A stretch of 64,000 nt of DNA from Synergistales bacterium (GCA_963666205.1 OY762654.1:1120001-1184000), one strand, 5' to 3'. Shown: positions 19,479 through 30,719, counted from the stretch's first letter. Notes: generated by a model from the sequence alone, not told the origin. Made by a program: numbers and translations.

Positions 19479-21259
19479 TGCTCTTCACCCCCAGGTCTTG
19501 CAAGCCTTTCTCTGCCAACTTCTTCCAGTTTCTTTTCCAGGGTGGTTCTCACTCTGGCGAAGGATCCCATATCATCTGCCGGTATCTCCTTCAAATGGGT
19601 GATCTCTACAACCTCATTGAGATCCCTTATAAGGGACAGGGGACATCCACTGTTCACCAGTTCCCTGGTCTTCTGGTAAAAGAAGAGAATTATTTCCAGA
19701 ATTGCAAAACCCTTTTCAGGAGGACAGAAAGAATCAGGGCCAAATGCACCCTGCTGGAGATATCCGTTCTTCAGGAGAAATGCAGTGAAGGCAAGAAGAC
19801 GCTGTTCATCGGGGAGAACATCCTCACCCACAAGACGGACTATCTGCTGTATCCTTTCATCTTCTGAAAGGATGTCCCTCGCCTTATCCCTTAATTCTCC
19901 CCATCGGGGGTCCACATGTGAAAAATACCAGTCCTTAACCTCATCCGCATATTCACTGTATGATTCGACCCAGTTGATCGCAGGGAAATGTCTTGCATGG
20001 GCAAGCTGTTTATCCAATCCCCAGAAACAGCGGATGAATCTTTTTGTATGTCTCGTTACGGGTTCGGTAAAATCGCCACCTGGAGGAGATACCGCTCCTA
20101 TCACTGAAATGCTCCCCTTTTCCCCCCCCATGGTCACGACCTTTCCGGCTCTTTCGTAGAATTCGGCAAGACGGGTGGGAAGATAGGCAGGAAAGCCTTC
20201 TTCAGCAGGTATCTCTTCCAGCCTTCCCGATATCTCCCTCAGGGCTTCAGCCCATCGGGAAGTGGAATCGGCCATCATGGCAACGTCGTATCCCATATCA
20301 CGGTAATACTCAGCTATGGTTATTCCCGTATATATAGATGCCTCCCTTGCTGCAACGGGCATATTGGAGGTGTTGGCTATAAGGACGGTCCTCTCCATGA
20401 GAGGTTTGCCTGACCTGGGGTCATCAAGTACCGGAAACTCCTCCAGGACCTGGGTCATTTCATTACCTCTCTCACCGCAGCCTATGTAGACGATTATCCG
20501 GGCATCGCTCCACTTGGCAAGCTGATGCTGGGTTACCGTCTTTCCTGTCCCGAATCCACCAGGTATGGCGGCAACCCCCCCCTTCGAAAGGGGAAAAAGT
20601 CCGTCAATGACCCTCTGGCCCGTTATAAGGGGTTCATCAGGAAGCAGTCTTTCACGGTATGGCCTTGGAGTCCTTACAGGCCATCTTGAAATGATCGGGA
20701 TATCCCTCTCCTTTCCCTTCCCATCTCTTATCCTGGCAAGGATCTCCCCTGCCTTGTGAAAGCCTGCCGGTACTATTGAAAGGATCTCTCCTTCCACTCC
20801 GGGCGGGGCCACTATCCTGTGGGTGACCATTGAGCTTTCCTGCACGGTGGCAAGGACCATTCCGCTTGTTACGATCTCTCCCGCACTGACCTGGGGAGTA
20901 ATTTCCCAGACCTTGTCCAGGTCCAGCTGGTCAACTTTTACCCCCCTTGAGATAAACGATCCCTCCAGCTCTCTGAGTTTGCCCAGAGGACGGCCAATAC
21001 CGTCTATTATGGTCCCTATAAGCCCGGGACCCAGAGCCATTGAAAGGGGTTCTCCATTTCCGGATACATCCTCTCCCAGACGTAAACCCTGGGTATCCTC
21101 ATAAACCTGTATAAGGGCTTCATCACCTTCCATACGGATGATCTCGCCAATGATGGCAAGCTTACCCACCTCCACCATTTCCCTCATGGCGAAGTCTCTC
21201 ATTCCCTTTGCCCTGACAACCGGTCCATTAACTGTTACGATGCTGCCCTTTCGCTTCAC
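19469..21259 (-). CDS. V/A-type ATP synthase subunit A
   Basis: P-loop [31 protein letters not shown]. Confidence 0.97.
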   Translation of the reverse strand: MKRKGSIVTVNGPVVRAKGMRDFAMREMVEVGKLAIIGEIIRMEGDEALIQVYEDTQGLRLGEDVSGNGEPLSMALGPGLIGTIIDGIGRPLGKLRELEGSFISRGVKVDQLDLDKVWEITPQVSAGEIVTSGMVLATVQESSMVTHRIVAPPGVEGEILSIVPAGFHKAGEILARIRDGKGKERDIPIISRWPVRTPRPYRERLLPDEPLITGQRVIDGLFPLSKGGVAAIPGGFGTGKTVTQHQLAKWSDARIIVYIGCGERGNEMTQVLEEFPVLDDPRSGKPLMERTVLIANTSNMPVAAREASIYTGITIAEYYRDMGYDVAMMADSTSRWAEALREISGRLEEIPAEEGFPAYLPTRLAEFYERAGKVVTMGGEKGSISVIGAVSPPGGDFTEPVTRHTKRFIRCFWGLDKQLAHARHFPAINWVESYSEYADEVKDWYFSHVDPRWGELRDKARDILSEDERIQQIVRLVGEDVLPDEQRLLAFTAFLLKNGYLQQGAFGPDSFCPPEKGFAILEIILFFYQKTRELVNSGCPLSLIRDLNEVVEITHLKEIPADDMGSFARVRTTLEKKLEEVGRERLARPGGEEQWR

Positions 21260-21276
21260 TTATCTCCCACCTCCTG

Positions 21277-21894
21277 TCAGAGGACCTTGAGAAGTCGTTC
21301 AGCGATCTCATCAGCCATCTCACCGGCCTTTACATGCCAGTCTGCATTTACCTGCCATTTCCCGTCTTTCGAACGAAGCCACAGTCCTCCAAGTATGGGA
21401 GCCGGCTCTTTATCAAAGGAAATTTTCAGATCAGGTTTCTTTATCTTGAGGTTGTGAACCATTTCCTCTCCAAGAGAGCTATCCCTTTCAGAAAGTCTGA
21501 AAGATAGATCCTGACCCTCAGGAACTGATTCTGCAGCTTCCAGAAGTACACCTGCAAGAAGGGCAGGATAATTCTCCCGCTCCCGAAGTTTTACCAGTTC
21601 AGTTTCAAGGATCTCCACTGCCTCGGCTATCAGACTGTTCTGGAGCCTGAGCCGTTCCCGTTCCCGTTCCCTCTCGGCAGTTACAATTTCTCTTCTTCGA
21701 ATGTCTTCGGCTCTTTTTCCTGATTCCATAAGGATCCCTTCTATGATCTGCTCCAGCCGGGAATTTTCTGCTTTAAGCCATTCCCCTGAATCCTTTCGGG
21801 CATTCGAGAGAGCATATCCTCTTTCAGCTTCAGCCTTTGAAAGAACAAGATCCTTTAGATCAGAAAGTTTCTGGTTATTTTCCTCTTTGTTCAT
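21277..21894 (-). CDS. V/A-type ATP synthase subunit E
   Basis: Coiled-coil N-terminus, ILGG motif, operon position. Confidence 0.85.
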   Translation of the reverse strand: MNKEENNQKLSDLKDLVLSKAEAERGYALSNARKDSGEWLKAENSRLEQIIEGILMESGKRAEDIRRREIVTAERERERERLRLQNSLIAEAVEILETELVKLRERENYPALLAGVLLEAAESVPEGQDLSFRLSERDSSLGEEMVHNLKIKKPDLKISFDKEPAPILGGLWLRSKDGKWQVNADWHVKAGEMADEIAERLLKVL

Positions 21895-22202
21895 TCGATT
21901 TTCACCCCAATGGCATTTCTTACGTAACTTGTAAGAAAATCCTTTCCCCGTTCACTTCCATGCCGGTCAGGAACTTCCACAAGGAGGGGAAGAGTTCCGC
22001 TCTCCCTTATCTCTCTTACAAGATCAGGAATAACTGCTGCTGCCTTTTCCGTCAGCACAAGGATACCGATATCTCCGGCAATAAGGGCTTCCCTTACTGC
22101 ACTCCCTGTTTCGTGAGAACCATGAGCCACTACTCCCTTTATTCCCGCCAGACGGAGGGCTACCAGGGTGTCATGATTATCACTTACCAGAAAAGCCCTC
22201 AT
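21891..22202 (-). CDS. V/A-type ATP synthase subunit F
   Basis: DTLVALRLAGI, VEVPD, AIGVKI. Confidence 0.9.
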   Translation of the reverse strand: MRAFLVSDNHDTLVALRLAGIKGVVAHGSHETGSAVREALIAGDIGILVLTEKAAAVIPDLVREIRESGTLPLLVEVPDRHGSERGKDFLTSYVRNAIGVKIE

Positions 22203-22208
22203 GTCTTG

Positions 22209-22616
22209 TTACAGTTTGGCCAGAATAAGGAGAGAGACGATAACTCCATAAATAGCTATCCCCTCCGCAAGGCCAAGGTATATAAGGGTCATTCCGAGGG
22301 TTTCAGGCTTCTCTCCGATAACTCCAAGGGCTGCAGCACCAACCACTGCCACGGCAATTCCTGCTCCAAGACATGCCAGTCCGGTAGAGATGCTGGCTCC
22401 AAGGAAACCCAATCCCGATGACTGGGAGAGACCCTCTGCCGCAAGGGACGGCCCTGTAAAGAATGGAGCCGCACCAACTAAAACCAGGGACATTATGGAA
22501 ACTGCAACACCCATAAAGAGTATCCTGCCGGGTTTCCTTATCTTACGCCCCCTTAAAACAAAGCCGTAAGAAACGAGAAAGGCCATGGTGGAACAAAGTA
22601 TTCCAAGGTATTTCAT
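22209..22616 (-). CDS. V/A-type ATP synthase proteolipid subunit K/c
   Basis: One c-hairpin (GAGIAVA...EKPE...LAEGIAIYG) with hydrophobic N-terminal extension; start may be 22616, 22625 or 22628. Confidence 0.9.
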   Translation of the reverse strand: MKYLGILCSTMAFLVSYGFVLRGRKIRKPGRILFMGVAVSIMSLVLVGAAPFFTGPSLAAEGLSQSSGLGFLGASISTGLACLGAGIAVAVVGAAALGVIGEKPETLGMTLIYLGLAEGIAIYGVIVSLLILAKL

Positions 22617-22663
22617 CTGCAGCATCATCTCCTCTTTCAGATCTGTTATGGAAACCTCTAAAT

Positions 22664-24586
22664 TTATTTTTTTCCCCATTTCATGGGAACAAATGCTTTT
22701 CCGCCACCAGAATAGAATTTACTGAAAAACTCGTAATACTCAAGCCTCAGGGTCTGAATAAACACTATAAGGCCTTCGAGGGCAACAATTACAAGGTGTC
22801 CGACGATCAGGATCACCCACTTGATGATCCCTCCTCCAGGCAATCCTTCCACCATCTGTCCCAGCATCATAACTGCCAGGCAGAGCCCGACGTGATTAAG
22901 GGCAAATGCGGCCAGTCTGACAAAGGAAGCAGTATTACTGAGAAAGGAAAGTAAGGTATGAAAAACCTCAAAAACATGAACAACATTACTGGTTTTCCCA
23001 TGTTCTTCATGGAGGAACCGCACAGAAAGGAACTCGGCAAGAAGAATAACGGCAAAAAGGATAAGGAGGGCTGAAAGAAGGATCCCTGAGGGTACTGGAA
23101 GTTTCCTGTTCGACAGAGCCGACCAGGCGAAAATGACGGCTATCCAGTAAAATACAAGTCCGGCGAGACCCTGTCCGTCAAAGAGGAGCTTTCCGTATTC
23201 TCTTTTTCTGTATCTAAGGAGGATGTTCATTATCATTCCAATACTTATGAAAACTATGCCTGCAGCCAGGGAAGTCTGAATAAGTTCTCCCATATCCTCC
23301 ATTGGTGATATCCAGACACGGTGCAGAATGTGCTCGTTCCCGAATATGCTGCCGTAAAGAAAGCCGAAGATAGAGGCTGATAGCCCTGAAAGCTTGATCA
23401 CTGAAGCAAAAGCCCTTTGAACGAGGTTCTTTTTTTCCAGGATCATTGCACCGGCTATCAGCATGATCCCGTGTCCGACATCTCCGAACATAAAACCGAA
23501 GAAAAGACAGAAACTCAGGGCTACGAGAAGAGATGGATCGCTTTCTCCGTAGGATGGAAGGCTGTAAAGGGCGACAATATCCTGAAAGTTTCTTACAAAG
23601 GGAAGATTTTTCAGCCTGACAGGGATCTTTCTCCCTTCCCTTTCCGTGCTGCTTTCCACTATGATCATGGTTCCGGGAGCCTCTTCTGTCATTATCTTTT
23701 TTACACCTTCGATCTCCTCGGAAGGCAGCCAGCCGGACAATATGAACATCTCCCCTATCTGCCCCCTGGCCATGCACAGTGCATATATCCTCTGCATTCC
23801 ATAAACCTGGTAATACAGATCCTCAAGCTGTTCCCTGGAGCGGTTGAGGTAATTTCTTGCAGCTTCCTCAAGTCTGGATCGGGCTCTTTTATGATTCTCT
23901 ATTCTTCTCCTGAGGCCACCAACCCAGTCCGGGCCAAGACCCTTCAGTGTTTCTGCAATGGGGAATTCCCTGAAATAAACTGATTCCAGAAGTTTTAATG
24001 CCCCCTCAAGATAGCCGGACACGGTTATGACAACCGCCCAGACATCCTCTCCACTCTGCCTGACGGGTATGACCATCATGGGAACTTCTTTGACAGAATC
24101 CTCGAGTCTGGCAAAATTTTCTTTCGTAAACCTTCCGAGAAAAAATTTGACTATCCTGGAATCCAAAGCCTGGCGCCCCTTATCTCCGAGAGAAAGAATC
24201 ACTTCAGCAAAAAGGACAGCCGCTTCCAGTTCTTCTTCTTCCACGGCAAGCTGTCTGGCTCTTTTTTCCCATATTCTCAAGCGTTTTGATGCCCGGCTGA
24301 CCCGAGCGCTTAATTCCTCAAAGGGTGAAAATTTCAGGTCTTTACTTACTGAGGGGACAGGTGGTTCTTCTCCGGCCGTTCGCCAGATGGATTCAAGGTC
24401 TTCCAGGATAGGATCGTAGGGATTGACACGGAAAGTTTTTATTCTTGATCTGATAGACATATCATCCAGAGAATAGTCTATTGACAATGGCTGAAAATCT
24501 CCTCTTACAAGAAGTCTGGTGGCTAGGATCTCAATTTCCGTCCTGGGACCTACGAATGTAAGTCCGGACATTTTTACGATACTCAT
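22664..24586 (-). CDS. V/A-type ATP synthase subunit I/a
   Basis: FGFMFGDVGHG, SNTASFVRLAAFALNH, RLEYYEFFSKFY. Confidence 0.95.
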   Translation of the reverse strand: MSIVKMSGLTFVGPRTEIEILATRLLVRGDFQPLSIDYSLDDMSIRSRIKTFRVNPYDPILEDLESIWRTAGEEPPVPSVSKDLKFSPFEELSARVSRASKRLRIWEKRARQLAVEEEELEAAVLFAEVILSLGDKGRQALDSRIVKFFLGRFTKENFARLEDSVKEVPMMVIPVRQSGEDVWAVVITVSGYLEGALKLLESVYFREFPIAETLKGLGPDWVGGLRRRIENHKRARSRLEEAARNYLNRSREQLEDLYYQVYGMQRIYALCMARGQIGEMFILSGWLPSEEIEGVKKIMTEEAPGTMIIVESSTEREGRKIPVRLKNLPFVRNFQDIVALYSLPSYGESDPSLLVALSFCLFFGFMFGDVGHGIMLIAGAMILEKKNLVQRAFASVIKLSGLSASIFGFLYGSIFGNEHILHRVWISPMEDMGELIQTSLAAGIVFISIGMIMNILLRYRKREYGKLLFDGQGLAGLVFYWIAVIFAWSALSNRKLPVPSGILLSALLILFAVILLAEFLSVRFLHEEHGKTSNVVHVFEVFHTLLSFLSNTASFVRLAAFALNHVGLCLAVMMLGQMVEGLPGGGIIKWVILIVGHLVIVALEGLIVFIQTLRLEYYEFFSKFYSGGGKAFVPMKWGKK

Positions 24587-25683
24587 TAAATCCCACCCTC
24601 CGACTTCATGGGCCTGACCAGAAAGAGCACTGCCATTCTACGGCTGAGGTCATACCTGACATCTTCTATGATGGTGATGAGGTCTGCAACTTCCATCTCT
24701 CTCAGATAGAGGTAGGCCATTACGGTATGGATACCCGGAACACCCATCCTGAAAGTCCGTATACACTCATCCCACTGGAAACGTTTCAGATTCCTTTCTA
24801 TGATCAATTCTGTCTCTCCTTTACCTGCCTCTCCCGGATACTGGAAGATTGAAAGGTAAGGGGTCTGTTCAAGGATCTTCATGAATTCATCGGGAAAGGA
24901 AGAGAAAGCAAGTCTGCTGATGGTCCGCCTGTTCAACCGATAGTTGAAGGGGATAAGCCTTGTAAGGATCTCTTCGGGCTTCAGGTTAAAGAAAACCCTT
25001 GATCTGTAAAGCCAGTAGATATTCATAAGGTCCGCTCTTGCACCAAAGAGCTTGAGAAGCTGTTTCTTTTCAGTCCGTCCGACCCGGTACAGGAGAGTTA
25101 AAAAACTGTTCATGACAAACCCGTCCAATGCCATTTCGACCGGGAAGAGTGTGCTCCCAGTCTTTATCATGGTATTGATGGGCTCTGAAAGGACACTGAA
25201 GTAGGGAGTATCCTTAAGGGCCAACAGAAGGTCCTCGAAATTCCGTGCTTCCAGTATTTCCTCAGATGGAAAAGAAAGATCCGGAATAGCACGTATTTTC
25301 TCCCATATGGAATCACGCGACTGTATATTTCCAAGGACCAGCCTGAAGATCCTCTTCAGGATATCCACATCGTATCTGAGTTTCCAGGCTTCGACCAGAT
25401 CCCATCTTCTTGGGCCAAGGTAATTCCTGAAGCGAAAAGCCTCGTAAAGGGGAACCATCGAAAGTATAGCTTCAAGCTCGTAACGATGTATATCCGAGGA
25501 ACTTATATGCTTCAGGTAGTCACCATAGGATTCTGAGTAACTAAGCTGTCTGGCGATCTCACTCATACTGTGACAGTTGAAAAGGAGATGCCAGAAAAAA
25601 TCATCAGGAAGCATCCTCCCCTTCATTGTCCTTGCCTTGGCAGATACGGAGGCTCTTCTTCCCATGGAAAGGACGGACAGCAT
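24586..25683 (-). CDS. V/A-type ATP synthase subunit C/d
   Basis: AKARTMKGRML, LKDTPY, ADLMNIYW, AYLYLREME...IEDVRY. Confidence 0.85.
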   Translation of the reverse strand: MLSVLSMGRRASVSAKARTMKGRMLPDDFFWHLLFNCHSMSEIARQLSYSESYGDYLKHISSSDIHRYELEAILSMVPLYEAFRFRNYLGPRRWDLVEAWKLRYDVDILKRIFRLVLGNIQSRDSIWEKIRAIPDLSFPSEEILEARNFEDLLLALKDTPYFSVLSEPINTMIKTGSTLFPVEMALDGFVMNSFLTLLYRVGRTEKKQLLKLFGARADLMNIYWLYRSRVFFNLKPEEILTRLIPFNYRLNRRTISRLAFSSFPDEFMKILEQTPYLSIFQYPGEAGKGETELIIERNLKRFQWDECIRTFRMGVPGIHTVMAYLYLREMEVADLITIIEDVRYDLSRRMAVLFLVRPMKSEGGI

Positions 25684-25685
25684 TG

Positions 25686-26024
25686 CTAGATCTCCCCTTT
25701 TCGGCTGTAATCCAGGGCTATCTCATTCACAAGGTCTTCAACCACCACTCGGACCTTTTCATTGAACCTGGCCTTCATCCTGTTTCTCTCGACTTCTCCC
25801 ATGACAAGTATCTGTGATGCCTCGGCCTCTCCCCCGCTTCGCGCCGTTTCCACAGTGGCTTTGGCCTGTTCATGGGCTGCACGCATCCTGTCTTCCCTTT
25901 CCCTGGCAAACTCATCCCTTGTGGACTGAAGAATAGCGGAGGCTTCATTTTTTGCTTCTTCTATGACCCGGTTAGCTTCATGCTCTGCTCCCAGCAGCTG
26001 GGTAAGGATATCTTTAAGCTCCAT
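25686..26024 (-). CDS. V/A-type ATP synthase subunit G/H (peripheral stalk)
   Basis: Charged coiled coil AEHEANRVIEEAKNEA; ATG 26024. Confidence 0.8.
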   Translation of the reverse strand: MELKDILTQLLGAEHEANRVIEEAKNEASAILQSTRDEFAREREDRMRAAHEQAKATVETARSGGEAEASQILVMGEVERNRMKARFNEKVRVVVEDLVNEIALDYSRKGEI

Positions 26025-26658
26025 TGTCCCCTGGTGCCTCCCTTCGGGAAGATCCACCCTTTGCGATCTTCATCCTTATAAAATCTTCCCTTTCTCCCTC
26101 TTCAAGGACATTCGAGATCATGGCAATACCTCTTCTGTAAGAGGGGATGACCACCTTCTCGAGGGCATTAACCCTCCTGAAGGTCTTTCTTATCTGAACG
26201 GCAAGCCTGTAAACACTCGTTTCGAGTTCCGCCAGTCTGGCCAGAAGACTCAATACTTTTCTTGCATGAAGATAGGCATTGTCCATGGCTCCGGAGGTTC
26301 CGAAAAATGAATAGCATGGGATGGGATCTGGAGGGACTGGATCCACACTTGGGATCTCCACCCCCATTACGGAGCGCAGGCGTATGGTAAAGGAAGTCTC
26401 CTCCGGGACAGAGTGGGCTATCTCCTCCACGCTATCGATACCAAGGGAAAGATTGGCCATCTGAAGGCTTGTATATGAATCAGAGAATATCTTCTGTATA
26501 TCTTCCTGGATCTGCCGGCTCTCCTGGATACGTTCCACCAGTTCCATCATGAGAACCTGCCTTTTCTGTTCCAGAAGGTCGTGACCCTTTCGGGCAAGGG
26601 AAAGAGATCCCTTCAGTTTGACCATGTTGCCCCGGGTAGGTGCCAGGTTTCTATTCAA
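26014..26658 (-). CDS. V/A-type ATP synthase subunit D
   Basis: PTRGN, GHDLLEQKR, KTFRRVNALE. Confidence 0.95.
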   Translation of the reverse strand: MNRNLAPTRGNMVKLKGSLSLARKGHDLLEQKRQVLMMELVERIQESRQIQEDIQKIFSDSYTSLQMANLSLGIDSVEEIAHSVPEETSFTIRLRSVMGVEIPSVDPVPPDPIPCYSFFGTSGAMDNAYLHARKVLSLLARLAELETSVYRLAVQIRKTFRRVNALEKVVIPSYRRGIAMISNVLEEGEREDFIRMKIAKGGSSRREAPGDNGA

Positions 26659-27021
26659 ATTGAGATCTCACCCCTGAGTATGTAAATGTGAAACAGGCCT
26701 ATGGTGAATGCTGTTCTTTCTTTCTGAACTTTGATACATTCTGAATTTAGAGCTTTCACAAAACTATGTCAATGACTATTTCCCGGTCATCCAAAAAAGA
26801 AATGTTTCACAGGATAAACCGGGGCGATTTCGGCGAAAAACACCTCAAAACTCCTTAAAGAAAGTATATTCCCCTCCTGGCATACTTCCAGGTAGATTCT
26901 CAGGTATTTATTGTTGGATAAACCTTAACCCTATACAATAGATAAGGAAGTAAATTGATCTTCATAGATAGATTAAGGAAAGACATCCAATGTTCCTGAG
27001 AATGCCAGCCCTTCAATATAA

Positions 27022-28743
27022 ATGAAAAAAGTTTTCCCCGAAAGGGAAGCCTTTCATTCTGGAGTGATGAGTAAAATGGACAATATATCCTGTTACAAAC
27101 AACCTTCCCCGGGAACCTTTCCGGATGGTGAGTATCCTTTAAAGACAAGACTCAATATCTCCCGCCTGCTGTTATTAATTCTGACAGCGGCCCTTATGCT
27201 GACATTGACACAGACCCTTCAGGCTTCTGATAACACATCAGCCGCCCTCGAAGAGATCCGCATGGAAAGACAGGGGATCAATTCCAACTGGATCCGGGTC
27301 AGGGAATCCCTTCTGAAGGAAGATGCAGGGGACCCCTTCAATCTACCCAGGGCATGGAGCTTTACAGGCCATATCGTCCTGGATGGAGAACAAACTGCCC
27401 TGACCGCAGAGGGAAAGGGCAGATTAACCTACAGCCTCAAAGAATATTTTGCAGGCAACCTGGTGATCATATACCTTTACGATCCTTCTTCAGGGGAATT
27501 CAGACCGACGGATCAGGCCATAATGAACACCGTATCTACAGGGATAGAGTTACAGAATGCAGAACTGTTTTTACCCTTTGCCCGTACCGAGGGTCCTGAG
27601 AATGAAAGACCCCTGACAATTAAAGAATTCTCTCCCGACAGGGATGAGTTTTTCCCCGGTTTCCACTCAGAGGTCATAAGGGGATCCGCACAGGGTCAGA
27701 ATATGGAACTTGACATATACTCCCCAGAGCTGAACCTGCCCATGGAAGGGGAAATGATCACCCTTGACCGTTTTAACATGAGTCTCCGAATTCCTCTGAA
27801 TGATCTGACAGGGGCTGTAAAGGGAAGAGATCTTTTCTTCAATAGAAAATTAAAAACAGGTAACAACATTGCAGTACTGTCAGCTGAGATAAGATTTGAA
27901 GACCCGGAAGTCGCCATAGCCTTACCGTATGATGAAATACTTGTCAACAGAACTACAGGCAATGATACTGATAACATATTGCCTCTACGGGCAAAAAATC
28001 CAGATAAAAATAAACACTGCAGTTACCGGTTCATTATTCTTAAAGGGATGGACAATGTCACCTTTCCAGGAGGTAACAGAGAGATGATCACATCATCAGG
28101 AGAAGCAGACCTGAAGCTTCTCACACCAAATACTGAGATCGATGATGTGATCCTTGAAGTACTTAGGGACTGTCCTGACGGACAGAGACATTCAGACCTG
28201 GTTTCACTCACCTTGAGAAAACCAGCTAACCTCAGGAGTATGGAAGATCTTCAACTCAGAGAAAGGGGATATTCCCCCTTTATCAGTTACAGGGAAATGC
28301 TTTTGGAAGGAAGACCCTATGAATTGAATCTCCCTGGAAAAAGCAGAGAAAAAATAACGGATGGATATTCGCGGATGTTCCTTTACCAGGTCATTGACCA
28401 GTTCGGCGTTCCCATCCGAAAAGAAGGACTTAAGGGAGAATCCAGGATAACCCTTACGGAAGAAAAAGCTGATTACAGGGTTGGAGGAACACCTCTTCCC
28501 CTGCTTATGGGTTATGAACAGGTTCCGGAAGGGGGAAACACTTTCAGAAAAGACTTGTTTACCGGAAAGGAAGGGTTGTTACCTGACAGGATAAACCTTC
28601 CTGTTTCTGGAGGATCATACGGGATACCCTCTGATATGGAAGTAACCATTGAACAGAAGATATACCTTATGGGATGGCTTTTAGGGTCACGGCAACTTCA
28701 CCTGACCGAAAGGGAAGTGAACGCCGGACCATGGAAAAGATAA
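27022..28743 (+). CDS. Large hypothetical exported protein
   Basis: 573-codon ORF with signal-peptide-like LLLLILTAALMLTLTQTLQA; true start probably downstream of 27022; no family recognised. Confidence 0.7.
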   Translation: MKKVFPEREAFHSGVMSKMDNISCYKQPSPGTFPDGEYPLKTRLNISRLLLLILTAALMLTLTQTLQASDNTSAALEEIRMERQGINSNWIRVRESLLKEDAGDPFNLPRAWSFTGHIVLDGEQTALTAEGKGRLTYSLKEYFAGNLVIIYLYDPSSGEFRPTDQAIMNTVSTGIELQNAELFLPFARTEGPENERPLTIKEFSPDRDEFFPGFHSEVIRGSAQGQNMELDIYSPELNLPMEGEMITLDRFNMSLRIPLNDLTGAVKGRDLFFNRKLKTGNNIAVLSAEIRFEDPEVAIALPYDEILVNRTTGNDTDNILPLRAKNPDKNKHCSYRFIILKGMDNVTFPGGNREMITSSGEADLKLLTPNTEIDDVILEVLRDCPDGQRHSDLVSLTLRKPANLRSMEDLQLRERGYSPFISYREMLLEGRPYELNLPGKSREKITDGYSRMFLYQVIDQFGVPIRKEGLKGESRITLTEEKADYRVGGTPLPLLMGYEQVPEGGNTFRKDLFTGKEGLLPDRINLPVSGGSYGIPSDMEVTIEQKIYLMGWLLGSRQLHLTEREVNAGPWKR

Positions 28744-28830
28744 TAAAATTAACAAGATTAAATTCAGACATTTAACAGGGTGTATAATATTAAGACAGTT
28801 TATTTTCAACCCCAGTCAGGAGGGACAAAT

Positions 28831-29280
28831 ATGAGAAGATTTTCCTGTGTTCTTATGGCAACCATTATATTGTTAATTACCTGCAGCTGTGTTTTTGCAT
28901 ACCCGAGTTATGTAGCATCACCGAGGCAGGTCTTCGATGACGGTGCAGCCCCTCAGGATCTGCGTCTTATCCAGGAGTTCAGGAACAGCTATCTGGATGG
29001 TTTTCCCAATCCCTCGTACCAGAGCATAGCCAGGGAATTTGAAGATTATTTTGGTGGCAGCAGATGGTGGAACTACGATGAATACAATGTTGTAATGGCA
29101 GGCCTTACCTATGCCAACGGAAGAAAATCCAGGGTCAGGGTATCCTTCTACAGGGAAGGTTACGAACCCGTCTGGATAAGCTACGTTCAGATCGACGGTA
29201 AAGTAGTTTACCGCTGGGATGATGAATATAACCCACTGAACCTTAATGATCTGCTCAGGGAAATATACAGCCTGCACTGA
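28831..29280 (+). CDS. Hypothetical secreted protein
   Basis: AGGAGG RBS, signal peptide MRRFSCVLMATIILLITCSCVFA, Tyr-rich. Confidence 0.75.
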   Translation: MRRFSCVLMATIILLITCSCVFAYPSYVASPRQVFDDGAAPQDLRLIQEFRNSYLDGFPNPSYQSIAREFEDYFGGSRWWNYDEYNVVMAGLTYANGRKSRVRVSFYREGYEPVWISYVQIDGKVVYRWDDEYNPLNLNDLLREIYSLH

Positions 29281-29373
29281 AGGGAATAAACTTTCAGTGC
29301 GACCATTCTGAAACAAAGGGAAACTCCCCAGTTATAAATACAGGTACTGAACTTTAAATCCCCTCTTTCCTTT

Positions 29374-30555
29374 CTACTGGAAAGAGGGGATTTCCTTTTT
29401 CCCGGAAGAGATGACAGGTTTCCAGAAATATATGTACACCAGGGGAGAGATCAGAAACACAGCCCCTGCAACAATCTGAAATGCCCTCGTGTAATCGAGA
29501 AGTGCTGACAGGTAGCCTATGATCAGAGGGCAGATAAAGAAGGACAAAGCCATGAGGAACCACACCATGGATGTCACCTTCGGTCTCAATCTCGGAGGCG
29601 CAACATCACCAGCAAGAGCAAGGTGCATGGGGAAACCATAACCCATACCAAGCCCGAAAAGAATTCCGCATATCATGAACAGCAAGTTATTCCAGGCAAA
29701 GGTAGAAAGGAAAAGTCCTGCTGAAGTCAGGGCAAACATGGGAGCTGCAAGCTTCATCCGGGGAAACCTGTCAAGGTGCCTGAAGAGGAAAAGCCTTATG
29801 AAAACAGAAAGGGCAGCATTCGCCGAGATGAAAAATGAAGGGACCAGACCTTTTTCCATAGCCAACCCAGCCACGGAGAGGATACATGCGTCTGTGAATG
29901 AAAAAAAGATTATTGAGACGAAAAGCGCCCGTACTGAAGGAAGTCGGAAAAGATCTGAATAAGTGCCCCAATCCTGTTTTTGTCTCTTTTCATATCCAAC
30001 CTCCTCTATTTTAAAAGACATAACCAGAATAAGTGAAAGAAAGGATACCAAAGGTCCAAGCCATATGTAAAAAAGAGGATGTCCATGATGTAAAAGCCAG
30101 TCCGCCAGGGGAACCGCTGTGACTAAAGGAGCGATACATCCGGCGGACACAAGGGCAAAGGAGGACCCCCTTATCTCATCCGGCACTGAAATAACCTGGT
30201 AGGTTGTAAGGCTTACAAGAAAAAGGCTAGAGGAAACTCCTGTAAGGATCCTCCAGAAAAGGATCTGGGTAATTGAAGAACCCGCCAGGGCAACTCCTGC
30301 ACTGCTGACAAGGTTTACCGATGCGGCTATAACAAGGGTCAGGTAAAATCCGTACTTCTCCACCAGCCTCACTACGAGAGGTCTTGAAAAAGTTGAGGCA
30401 GCATAATAAGAACCAAGAACCCAGCCAATTACACCAGGATCAACAATACCATAGGTGTTGAGATAAGGAGCAAGAAGATAATAGACGTTGCTCAGGCTCA
30501 TCAGGGCAAAATTGGCAGCAAAAAATTTAAATATAAGAAATCTGTAGTTTTTCAT
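29374..30555 (-). CDS. MFS transporter
   Basis: About 12 TM segments; RLVEKYG and PDEIRGSSF motifs. Confidence 0.9.
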   Translation of the reverse strand: MKNYRFLIFKFFAANFALMSLSNVYYLLAPYLNTYGIVDPGVIGWVLGSYYAASTFSRPLVVRLVEKYGFYLTLVIAASVNLVSSAGVALAGSSITQILFWRILTGVSSSLFLVSLTTYQVISVPDEIRGSSFALVSAGCIAPLVTAVPLADWLLHHGHPLFYIWLGPLVSFLSLILVMSFKIEEVGYEKRQKQDWGTYSDLFRLPSVRALFVSIIFFSFTDACILSVAGLAMEKGLVPSFFISANAALSVFIRLFLFRHLDRFPRMKLAAPMFALTSAGLFLSTFAWNNLLFMICGILFGLGMGYGFPMHLALAGDVAPPRLRPKVTSMVWFLMALSFFICPLIIGYLSALLDYTRAFQIVAGAVFLISPLVYIYFWKPVISSGKKEIPSFQ

Positions 30556-30719
30556 TGAAAACCTTTAACTATTTTAATTTTCATTCCACATAGATAACAT
30601 TCTTGACCATTTGCTTGTAAATGAAATTACAAAGCACAAGATATAAAATATACAAAGTCAAGAAGAAACTAATCCACTATATATTCTTTATTTTGTCATG
30701 ACCAGGTTTTAATAGTTTT

